Shown here one piece after another: positions 26,545 to 34,879 of a DNA stretch of 64,000 nt. The first letter of the stretch is position 1. The number at the start of each line of letters is the position of its first letter. The notes beneath the pieces are model-generated. The model did no database searches. It was not told the DNA's origin and saw only the letters and a program-made list of their open reading frames with translations. Source of the stretch: a bacterium (lineage in GTDB: Bacteria > Hinthialibacterota > Hinthialibacteria > Hinthialibacterales > Hinthialibacteraceae); contig JBHGBC010000002.1 in the NCBI GenBank assembly GCA_041946805.1, forward strand, positions 1 through 64,000, in the 5' to 3' direction. The position numbers and the translations under genes are program-made.

Positions 26545-28797
26545 ATGTCCCGATTCTATTTTACTGTATGGTTGGCGCTGATCAGCACGGCCTCGTTCGC
26601 CCAAAACCTCATCGTCGAGGATTTCGAGGGCTACGCCGACGACGGGGAGCTGCAGGCCGCATGGACATTCACCAAGGCCGGAGGCGACGATGGATTATTC
26701 GGCTACCTCGATAAGACCAAAACGCCCCCGCAAGGAACCACCTGCATGTTGATGGAAGTGAACATGCCCGCCAAATGGTGGTACAACACCCTCCGCAAGA
26801 ATCTGGACGAACCGATCGATCTCGCGAATTACGACTCGCTGACGTTCCAGTTCTACGGCGACGCCGCCATGACCCCCGGCGGCATTACGTTCGTCGCTTT
26901 CCTGTTCGACAGCCAGGGACGCGCCCTCCGCTTCGCGTTGCCCGCCGAGTATCTGCCCAATGCCGCGTGGCAGAAAATCACCCTCAACCTGGGTTCGTTT
27001 TCGCAGGAAGAATGGGACGCCGGCAACGGCACGGACACCCCCGATGCCAATCCGCAGGATATCACCGCCGTGGGCTTGATGGTCGTGGGCAATGAAGACA
27101 ACCAGGCCGCCACGTTTTACGTCGATGACCTCCAGTTGACCGTGCTCCCCCAGAACCTGGCCGTGGAGGATTTCGAGGGGTACGCCGACGACGGGGAATT
27201 GCAAGCCACCTGGACGTTCACCAAGGCCGGCGGCGATGACGGGCTGTTCGCCTACATCGACAAAACCGTCTCGCCTCCCCAAGGGACCAGTTGCATGTTG
27301 ATGGACGTGAACATGCCCGCCAAATGGTGGTACAACACCGTCCGGAAAAACCTGGAAACCGGGGCGATCGATATTTCCAAATTCGTCTCGCTCGATTTCT
27401 GGTTCCACGGCGACGCCGCCATGACCCCCGGCGGCATCACCTTCGTCGCCTTCCTGTTCGACAGCCAGGGCCGCGCCCTCCGCTTCGCGCTGCCGGCCGA
27501 GTATCTGACCAATCCCGCGTGGCAGAAAATCACCCTGAACCTATCCTCATTCTCGCAGGAAGAATGGGACGCTGGCAACGGCACGGACACCCCGGACGCC
27601 AATCCGGCGGATATCGCCGCCGTGGGGCTGATGGTCGTGGGCAACGAGGACAACCAGATCGCCAAGTTTTATGTGGATGACCTCCAGTTCACCAGCAAGG
27701 GGGCGACCGCCGCGGTCAGCGGCGCGATCACGGAAAACGGCGCGCCGCTCGCGGGCGTGACCGTGTACGCCATCGAGCAAAACGCGATCCTCACCACCAC
27801 GACGGGCGCTGACGGCCTATACGCCTTCAACGATCTGTCGCAAGGCAAGCAGTACCGGTTCCTCCCCGTGAAGACCACCTACGATTTCACTCCTGGCGCG
27901 GTGCTTCTCACCCTGCTGAATCCCGCCTATACCCAGGACTTCACCGGCGCGCCCAGCCTCTACAACCGCCTGGAGACTACATCCATCCAGGACCAGTTCG
28001 ATGAATCCGGCTTGAATCCCGCCATCGTCTACCGCGGGGCGCGGGATTGGGGCCACGAAGAGGCTGGCAACGTCCGCCCCGTCATCGACGTAACCCAGGA
28101 TAAAACCTACCCGGTCAGCTTCCCCGACGCGGCCGGCGGCGACGCCATGATGTACGGGATTCCCCCCAACACCCAGAGCGGCGCCACCAGCCCCAAGTTC
28201 GCGGTGGAAATCGGTTCATCCTACAGCTGGGACATGCTGGCGTTCGGCCAGAACACCGACCGGAACTATTTCGTTGAAGTCGACGCCTATTGCGACATTC
28301 GACCCGATCTGAACCCCGGCTCGTTCGACCGCGTCTCCGTGGGCATCCACTGCAGCTTCGCCGATCCCGGCAAAATCGCGCTGGACGCCTACACGGACAG
28401 CAACCTGAACCGCAACTCCGGCGGCTATGCCCTGACGTATGAATCCGACACCGGCGACATCACCGCCCGCAAGTACGCTCCCGCCAACGACAAGGCCCAT
28501 GTCCTCAAGCGCATGGAAGGCTTTGCGGTGGAATACGGCAAGGTCACCTTGAACGAAAGCGGCTGGCACCGCCTCCGCGTCGAGTTCCTCAACGACCAGA
28601 TCACCTTCAAGGTGGATGACAAAACCATCGCCACGGCCACCGATACGGAGTATCCTTTCGGCCCGGCGGGACTGCATTACCGCGCCTGCTTTACGGACGC
28701 CTTGGATGACATGCTCAACATGAACCACGCCCGCTTCGACAACCTCAAGGCCGGCCCCACCGGTCCCGTTGGCGTGGCGGACTGGATGCTGAACTGA
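26545..28797 (+). CDS. Secreted modular protein: two tandem carbohydrate-binding-like (CBM11/CIA30-like) domains, a carboxypeptidase-regulatory-like domain and a ConA-like domain
   Basis: Signal peptide (ASFA-Q); two ~183-aa repeats from VEDFEGY to FYVDDLQ; VSGAITENGAPLAGVTV..TTTGADGLYAF; GWHRLRVEF..ITFKVD..GPAGL..FDNL; ends PVGVADWMLN. Confidence 0.75.
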   Translation: MSRFYFTVWLALISTASFAQNLIVEDFEGYADDGELQAAWTFTKAGGDDGLFGYLDKTKTPPQGTTCMLMEVNMPAKWWYNTLRKNLDEPIDLANYDSLTFQFYGDAAMTPGGITFVAFLFDSQGRALRFALPAEYLPNAAWQKITLNLGSFSQEEWDAGNGTDTPDANPQDITAVGLMVVGNEDNQAATFYVDDLQLTVLPQNLAVEDFEGYADDGELQATWTFTKAGGDDGLFAYIDKTVSPPQGTSCMLMDVNMPAKWWYNTVRKNLETGAIDISKFVSLDFWFHGDAAMTPGGITFVAFLFDSQGRALRFALPAEYLTNPAWQKITLNLSSFSQEEWDAGNGTDTPDANPADIAAVGLMVVGNEDNQIAKFYVDDLQFTSKGATAAVSGAITENGAPLAGVTVYAIEQNAILTTTTGADGLYAFNDLSQGKQYRFLPVKTTYDFTPGAVLLTLLNPAYTQDFTGAPSLYNRLETTSIQDQFDESGLNPAIVYRGARDWGHEEAGNVRPVIDVTQDKTYPVSFPDAAGGDAMMYGIPPNTQSGATSPKFAVEIGSSYSWDMLAFGQNTDRNYFVEVDAYCDIRPDLNPGSFDRVSVGIHCSFADPGKIALDAYTDSNLNRNSGGYALTYESDTGDITARKYAPANDKAHVLKRMEGFAVEYGKVTLNESGWHRLRVEFLNDQITFKVDDKTIATATDTEYPFGPAGLHYRACFTDALDDMLNMNHARFDNLKAGPTGPVGVADWMLN
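26602..27693 (+). repeat. Intragenic tandem duplication, unit about 549 bp
   Basis: Units start at 26602 and 27151 and share long near-identical DNA tracts, e.g. aacatgcccgccaaatggtggtacaacacc and ttcctgttcgacagccaggg. Confidence 0.95.
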
Positions 28798-28830
28798 TTG
28801 CGTTCCGCCATAAGCGATTGTAAACTAGGA

Positions 28831-28854
28831 AGGGGCGATCGGTGTATCGCCCCT
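28831..28854. repeat. REP-type palindrome (AGGGGCGA...TCGCCCCT)
   Basis: aggggcgatcggtgtatcgcccct, between the secreted protein and pilin-like genes. Confidence 0.65.
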
Positions 28855-28888
28855 TCGCATTTTGTTTTCCATGAATCAAGGAGAATCC

Positions 28889-29461
28889 GTGAATTCAACC
28901 CGTGCTTTCACCCTCATCGAGTTGCTGATCGTAGTGGCCATTATCGGTATCCTGGCGGCCATTGCCGTGCCCAACTTCCTCAACGCCCAGATCCGGGCCA
29001 AGTATTCGCGCTGCCTCGCCGATATGAAGGCCTGCCAATCCGCTCTCGAAATGTACGCCATGGACCGCGGCGGCTTTCCCCCCAACGGCATCGACGGTCC
29101 CGACAACGGCTGGGGTCTCTCCAAGGTGCTGACCACTCCCGTGGCCTATATCACCTCCATCCCCAAGGACCCCTTCTTCTCCCGGAAGAAAACGGCCCAG
29201 GAAGACTTCTACGAACCCTATTTCGATCCCCGCGGCGAGGGCAAATACTTCTACCAGGAAGGCAACAACGTCTACCGCCAAAACATGATGGATCCCCGCC
29301 GTCCCGGCCAGTGGCGGTATTGCTTCCAGGGACGCGGACCGGACACGGACATCAGCAGCCCGCAAAACGGTTTCGCCATCGAGGTGGACTGGCCCTACAC
29401 CTATGGCTACGATCCCTCCAACGGCCTGGTCAGCGACGGCAATGTCGCCTTCCCGCGGTGA
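28889..29461 (+). CDS. Prepilin-type N-terminal cleavage/methylation protein (GspG-like pseudopilin)
   Basis: RA/FTLIELLIVVAIIGILAAIAVPNF with Glu5; LTTPVAYITSIPKDPF; C-terminal YDPSNGLVSDGNV; GTG start with RBS aaggag. Confidence 0.88.
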   Translation: MNSTRAFTLIELLIVVAIIGILAAIAVPNFLNAQIRAKYSRCLADMKACQSALEMYAMDRGGFPPNGIDGPDNGWGLSKVLTTPVAYITSIPKDPFFSRKKTAQEDFYEPYFDPRGEGKYFYQEGNNVYRQNMMDPRRPGQWRYCFQGRGPDTDISSPQNGFAIEVDWPYTYGYDPSNGLVSDGNVAFPR

Positions 29462-29596
29462 GGCATCCATAACGCCGTCATAAAAAAACATCCTCTCACC
29501 TAGGTTCTGTTGAGTTTTTCCAAGTTGTAAAAAACAAGTATATGATATTACCATTCCGGTGGCCTGCCGGGCCGGGATGATACCCGTTTCGAACTA

Positions 29597-29629
29597 CCCT
29601 CACCCGGTCCCTCTCCCAAAGGGAGAAGG
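29597..29629 (+). repeat. 33-bp REP-like palindrome
   Basis: ccctcacccggtccctctcccaaagggagaagg. Confidence 0.82.
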
Positions 29630-29832
29630 AATAATTACTTTTTTCGTCATTATTCCCGGGCGTAACTCCAGGTTAGATTCATGTACACCGTTGGCGCTTG
29701 CATCACAATACGGAATTCTGATGAAGCCTGTCTTACGAAAACTCAACAGAACCCAACTTGATCGCCCCCTTTTTCCCGCCTTCCCCAAGGCTCTATACTT
29801 TCCTCATTCCGCCGAAGGAGGAAACGAAGCGC

Positions 29833-31125
29833 GTGGCTCGTCACCATTGGTTGTTAGCGGGATTGATCCTGGGAATCCTGATGGGCGCCCTCCTGCATCC
29901 TTTTTCCGGCCTGCCCTGGTTGGCCTATGCCAATCAAGCGTTCCTGCAGCCCATCGGCCAGATCTTCCTGCGGTTGATCTTCGTGACCGTGGTCCCGCTC
30001 GTCTTTTCGGCCCTGGTCCTGGGCGTGTACGAACTGGGCAAGGGCCGCGGCTTGGGGAGCATCGCCGGCCGCGCCATCTTCTACACGGTGGTGGCCAGCA
30101 CCCTGTCCGTGCTGGTGGGGGTTACGTCCGTCAATGTGTTGAAGCCGGGCGCGCGGTTCACCCTCGATCCGGAGAAATTGCAGGGTCAATCCAATGCGCT
30201 GTCGGGTCTGAAGAAAAACGTGGAGGAAGCCAAAGGCCTTTCACAATCCATCGTGGACCTGATCCCCAACAATCCGGTGGACACCGCCACGCGGGCCTTG
30301 GGCGGTGAAATGCTGCCCTTCATGGTCTTCTCGTTCATCTTTGGACTGGCGTTGTCGCGGGTCACCGATCCGCGCGGGCCCAATCCGGTCATCGTCCAAT
30401 TTCTGGAGCAGCTCCTGGCGGTCTCCATGAAGATGATCGACTTCGCCCTGCTGATCGCGCCCGTGGGGATCTTCGCCATCATCTTCAATACGGTCTTCCT
30501 CTTCGGAGCGGGCATCATTCAAACGCTCTTCTTTTACGTGGCGGTGGTGTTGCTGGGGCTGCTCTTCCAACAATTCGTGGTCTACACGCTGCTGCTCAAG
30601 TTTGTCGCCCGCTACCCGCCCCTGGAATTTTTCCACCGCTGCCGGGACGTTTATCTCTATGCCTTCTCCACGGCCTCGTCCAACGCCACCCTGCCCCTAA
30701 CCCTGGAAACCGCCGAACACCGCTTACGCCTGCCCGCCACCGTCTCCCGTTTCGTGCTCACCGTGGGGGCCACCGCCAACCAGAACGGGACCGCCCTCTT
30801 CGAAGGCGTCACGGTCCTATTCCTCGCGCAGGTCTATGGCGTTGAATTGTCGCTCTTCCAGCAAATTCAGGTGGTTTTCATGTCCATCCTGGCGGGCATC
30901 GGCACCGCCGGCGTGCCCGGGGGCTCCTTGCCCTTGATCATGATTCTCCTGCAATCGCTCGGCATCCCCCCGGAAGGCATCGGCTTGATCCTGGGCGCCG
31001 ACCGTTTTCTGGATATGTGCCGCACCACCCTGAACGTCAGCGGCGACCTCGTCATCGCTGCCCTGGTCAGCCAGGGATACCAACCTGCTCCGGCGGTTCC
31101 GGCTGGTTCATCCGATCAGGGATAG
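29833..31125 (+). CDS. Dicarboxylate/amino acid:cation symporter (DAACS, GltP-like)
   Basis: GQIFLRLI, AFSTASSNATLP, GATANQNGTALFE, GTAGVPGG, DRFLDMCRTTLNVSGD; GTG 29833 with RBS aaggagg. Confidence 0.95.
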   Translation: MARHHWLLAGLILGILMGALLHPFSGLPWLAYANQAFLQPIGQIFLRLIFVTVVPLVFSALVLGVYELGKGRGLGSIAGRAIFYTVVASTLSVLVGVTSVNVLKPGARFTLDPEKLQGQSNALSGLKKNVEEAKGLSQSIVDLIPNNPVDTATRALGGEMLPFMVFSFIFGLALSRVTDPRGPNPVIVQFLEQLLAVSMKMIDFALLIAPVGIFAIIFNTVFLFGAGIIQTLFFYVAVVLLGLLFQQFVVYTLLLKFVARYPPLEFFHRCRDVYLYAFSTASSNATLPLTLETAEHRLRLPATVSRFVLTVGATANQNGTALFEGVTVLFLAQVYGVELSLFQQIQVVFMSILAGIGTAGVPGGSLPLIMILLQSLGIPPEGIGLILGADRFLDMCRTTLNVSGDLVIAALVSQGYQPAPAVPAGSSDQG

Positions 31126-31153
31126 GACCGGCTGCGAGGCAACGAGACATGCC

Positions 31154-33010
31154 ATGCCTGATTCGCTCCGGTCCGCCAACCTGCACGCCCTGGCCCGCCG
31201 CTTTCCCGGCCTGGTCCGGCTTTGCCATGACGATCCGGCTCCTCCGTTCTCGCTTTCCCTGGTGATGGATCCAACCGCCGGCCCCTGGCCCGCCGTGTGG
31301 CTCGAACAAGCCGGGCGGAAACGCTTCCTGCACAGCCGCCACGATCCCGTGAAGGAAGCGCGACGCTGGGCGGCCGCGCAACCGCCGCCGGTGGATTCGG
31401 TGGCGCTGCTGTTCGGCTGGGGATTGGGATATCACGCCGTGGAGTGGATCCGCCGCTACGGCGGTCAGGCCGCCGCGGTCATCGTCTTCGAGCCGGAACC
31501 GGCCTTGTTCACCGCCTCGCTGGACTGGATCGACGCGCGGGGCCTCGCCGAACATCCCCGGGCCGCGGTCGTGCCCGGGCCGGACCGGAACCGGCTCTAC
31601 GAGGCGCTTTACGGCATGCTGGATCTGCTGATGTCGCGGGAATTGCGCATTGTCCCGATGCCATTCGCGGACATCTATCCTCCCGCAATAACCCGGATGC
31701 TGCGGGAAGAAATCGGGAAACTGGTGGCCGCCCGCGAAGGCGCTTTGCGGCACATGGAGACCTTGGGTTACCGCTGCCAAGAAAACCTGATCGGCAATAT
31801 CCCCGCCATGTTTTCGTCCTGGCTCCCCCGCGATGTCCGGGACCGGTTGAAGAACCAGCCGGCCCTCATCGTGGCCGCCGGACCTTCGCTGGACCGGAAT
31901 ATCGTCCAACTGCGCTCCGTGCGGGGCCGCGCCTGGATTTTCGCCGTGGACACCATCTGGCGCGTCTTGCTGGAATATGGAATCGATGCCCGGTTCGTGG
32001 TCACCAAGGACCCTACCACCCGCAACCTCCGCCATTTCGAGGGGATCGCGTCCCCTGCCCCGCCCTGCCTGGTTTTCGATCCGCAGGTGGATCCCGCCAT
32101 CCCCAAGACGTTTACCGGCGGCCGGATTCTCATGCCCAACCGCAACCACGCTCTGCATGCCCGCCTCCCGGGTTTGGAACTCGATGCGCGCGATCTCCTG
32201 CCCCCCAGCACCAACGTGGCCCTGGCGGCGTTCAACATGGCCGTGGCCATGGGATGCGATCCGGTGATTTTCGCGGGGCTGGATCTCTGTTTCGCGCGGG
32301 CGGAGGGCGTTTCCCACGCCCGGGGGACGGCGTTGGCGTCCCGGACCGCGTTTGCCGAAAACGAAGGTGTTCTGCATTACCAGCAAGGCGAGGTCCAGGA
32401 GGCCGTCCCTGTACTCGAGGTGGAGGGGATCGACGGACGGCGTTATCCCACCACGCCGAATTTTCATGAAGCGCTGCGGCTGCTCGAATCGCTCATCCCA
32501 AACGCCCCGGTCCACTGCGTGGATGCTTCGGAAGGCGGGGCCCGTGTCGCCGGCACGGAAATCCTGCCACTATCCCGGGCGCTGGAAACCTATTGCGGGA
32601 AGTTGATCGATCCCTCGGATTTTCCTCCTCCCGCGCCGCGCCGGGATCCCCGGCCCACCGCGGCGGCGTTATCGAAAATCGCGGATCACATCGCGGCGCG
32701 CGGCGCGTTGGCCGGTCAGGGCACGCGCTATCTCACGAGCCATCCACAATCTCCGGACCGGGCGGAATTGGAAAGGCTGCGGGACGCGATCGAGGAAGGG
32801 GATTGGATCTATCACGCGCTGCAGGCGGCGCTGGAACGTGTGGTGGTGGAAATCGACCGCCCGGGATTTTGGCGGCTCCCTCCAGGGGAGGCCTTATGGG
32901 AGCGGTACGCGTGGTATTTCGGGGAGATCGAACGGGCGTGTGGAGCATTCGGCCCCATCTTCCGAAAAACCGCCCGGGAGATCAGGATGGATTCTTCCGG
33001 TGCGATCTAA
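31154..33010 (+). CDS. Maf/DUF115 (MAF_flag10, MptE-like) family protein
   Basis: LHSRHDPVKEA, LFGWGLGYH, IVFEPE, ALIVAAGPSLDRNI, IFAVDT, GCDPVIFAGLDLCF, DASEGGARVAG. Confidence 0.85.
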   Translation: MPDSLRSANLHALARRFPGLVRLCHDDPAPPFSLSLVMDPTAGPWPAVWLEQAGRKRFLHSRHDPVKEARRWAAAQPPPVDSVALLFGWGLGYHAVEWIRRYGGQAAAVIVFEPEPALFTASLDWIDARGLAEHPRAAVVPGPDRNRLYEALYGMLDLLMSRELRIVPMPFADIYPPAITRMLREEIGKLVAAREGALRHMETLGYRCQENLIGNIPAMFSSWLPRDVRDRLKNQPALIVAAGPSLDRNIVQLRSVRGRAWIFAVDTIWRVLLEYGIDARFVVTKDPTTRNLRHFEGIASPAPPCLVFDPQVDPAIPKTFTGGRILMPNRNHALHARLPGLELDARDLLPPSTNVALAAFNMAVAMGCDPVIFAGLDLCFARAEGVSHARGTALASRTAFAENEGVLHYQQGEVQEAVPVLEVEGIDGRRYPTTPNFHEALRLLESLIPNAPVHCVDASEGGARVAGTEILPLSRALETYCGKLIDPSDFPPPAPRRDPRPTAAALSKIADHIAARGALAGQGTRYLTSHPQSPDRAELERLRDAIEEGDWIYHALQAALERVVVEIDRPGFWRLPPGEALWERYAWYFGEIERACGAFGPIFRKTAREIRMDSSGAI

Positions 33011-33201
33011 TGCGCGGCTTCCCGCAATTCCTCGAGGAATTCGCTGATCCGGCCCTGGCAATGCTTGTCGGCGAAATGACGCAGGGGAACCGGCGGCGGG
33101 GATTGCTTGCAGTCCGCGCACATGCCATGGCGTTCGAACACCGCCCACGCGGCGGGATAACGGCGCAGAACGTCACACACCAGGTCGTCGGGATGAAACA
33201 T
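33007..33201 (-). CDS. Small DUF1858-like protein with CxxC
   Basis: 64 aa: DDLVCDVLRRYPAAWAVFERHGMCADC...LRHFADKH..ISEFLEELRE; RBS aggag; directly downstream of nagA. Confidence 0.65.
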   Translation of the reverse strand: MFHPDDLVCDVLRRYPAAWAVFERHGMCADCKQSPPPVPLRHFADKHCQGRISEFLEELREAAH

Positions 33202-33230
33202 ACAATACGTAACTCCTATGGAATGAAGGT

Positions 33231-34466
33231 TCAGTGATACACCGGGTCGGCGGACCAGACGATATGCCCGGCCTTGATGGTCATGCGGTTTTGCAGGTTC
33301 TCGTCCAGGATGGCCAAGTCGGCGTCCTTGCCCACAGCCAGAATCCCGCGCCGGTATTTCCAGGCCAGCACCCGGGCGGCGTTTAGGCCGGCCATTTGGG
33401 CCGCTTGTTGGAGGCTTGCGCCGGCATGCCGCACCATGGTCTTCACCGCCCGGTCCATGGTCAGCGTGCTGCCCGCCAGGGTATCCGGCGAATCGACCAG
33501 GTACGCCCGGCCATTGCGGACCTGCACTTCCTGGTCGCTGAAGACATAGGCCCCGTCCGGCTGCCCCGCGGCGCGGATGGCGTCGCTGACGAGCAGGATG
33601 CGGTCGTGCTTCTTGACCTTCATCAGCAGCTGCAAAATGGCCGGATGCACGTGCAGCGAGTCGGCGATCACCTCCACGAACAACTCGTCCCGCAGCAAGG
33701 TTCCCGTCAGGACGCCCGGCTTGCGGTGGTGCATGGGGGGCATGGCGTTGAAAATATGGGTCACGCCTTCCAGGCCGTTGTCGATGGCCTCCATCAACTG
33801 CTCGTATTTAGCGTTGGAATGGCCGACCGAGAGATACAGCCGCTGCGGCCAGCCGTCGCCTTCCAACTCGGGGGAGCGCTGGTAGATCGCCGCCTCGTGC
33901 AGCACCTCCATGCCGCCCGGGATCTCGGGCGCGATGGTCATCACCCGGACCCACGAACCGCCCTCTTCCATGAGCAGCCGGAAGTTGTCGATCGTCGCCG
34001 GCCACATATAATCCGAGCGGATGGCTCCATGCAGCAGGGGATTCAAAAAGGGCCCTTCGAGATGGATCCCTTCCACGATCCGCCGCGGCCCGGCCGTTTC
34101 GCAATAATTCCGCAGCCGGCGGATGCTGGCCAGCAACGCATCCCGGGGCTGGGGATACACCGTGGCAATCAGCGATGTGGTCCCATGGCTGGCGTGGAAT
34201 TCACTGATTTCATCGAACGCGCCGGGATTGTCGTCGCAAAAATCATGGCCCCGGCCGCCGTGGATGTGGATGTCGATAAATCCCGGCAATACATACCGGC
34301 CCTCCAGTTCGATCACTTCCGCGCCGAAGGGGATATCCACATCGTCGGCATGGCCCATCTGAGCGATCTTGCCTCTTTCGAGGACCAGCGTGCAATCTTC
34401 GTGCCGGCGAAAAGGAGTGATGGCGGTCGCACCGGCAAGCACAATCGGTTTCACATCGGCATTCAT
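33231..34466 (-). CDS. nagA: N-acetylglucosamine-6-phosphate deacetylase
   Basis: PGFIDIHIHG, GIHLEGPFLN, TIAPE, GHSNA, THIFNAM, DSLHVHP, LVSDA, LAGSTLTMD. Confidence 0.95.
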   Translation of the reverse strand: MNADVKPIVLAGATAITPFRRHEDCTLVLERGKIAQMGHADDVDIPFGAEVIELEGRYVLPGFIDIHIHGGRGHDFCDDNPGAFDEISEFHASHGTTSLIATVYPQPRDALLASIRRLRNYCETAGPRRIVEGIHLEGPFLNPLLHGAIRSDYMWPATIDNFRLLMEEGGSWVRVMTIAPEIPGGMEVLHEAAIYQRSPELEGDGWPQRLYLSVGHSNAKYEQLMEAIDNGLEGVTHIFNAMPPMHHRKPGVLTGTLLRDELFVEVIADSLHVHPAILQLLMKVKKHDRILLVSDAIRAAGQPDGAYVFSDQEVQVRNGRAYLVDSPDTLAGSTLTMDRAVKTMVRHAGASLQQAAQMAGLNAARVLAWKYRRGILAVGKDADLAILDENLQNRMTIKAGHIVWSADPVYH

Positions 34467-34564
34467 GGAGATATTCACAAAAGGGCGAAATTATGTAAGG
34501 TTGTTTCAGAGCTTACTTGGATGATGGAGGACGTTCAAGGATTATCCCCGCGGAAAACGAAAAT

Positions 34565-34772
34565 GGTTCATCCGGCCAGTGCGTACTTGGCGGTGAAAAG
34601 GTATTCCATCCCCTCCCGGTTGCGGGTGGACACCCAAGTCCGCCCCTACCAAATTCCCTCACCCTCGCCCTCTCCCGGAGGGAGAGGGGATTGGGGGTGG
34701 ACCTCTCAATCCAGCCCGGTTGGATACGGAACCGGTTTTCATGACAATAGGTACGCAGTTACCGGATAAACC
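34565..34772. mobile_element. MITE-like element copy 2 (208 bp)
   Basis: Left TIR ggttcatccggccagtgcgtac; right TIR gtacgcagttaccggataaacc (18/22); flanks acgaaaat / acaaaaat (7/8); REP hairpins at about 34624-34649 and 34656-34688. Confidence 0.75.
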
Positions 34773-34879
34773 ACAAAAATGAACCAAAATGGAGGATGAC
34801 TGTCAGATTGTTTTACTCATTGTCAGGTTGGAATCCCCCCCGGCAGACCGCCCCATTCTATTCCGAGAGACTGCTATCC

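Noticed and set aside
34729..34740. LexA/SOS box (GAAC-N4-GTTC-like) upstream of the helicase
   Set aside because: gaaccggttttc is imperfect, lies inside the MITE, and the LexA motif of this lineage is unknown to me.
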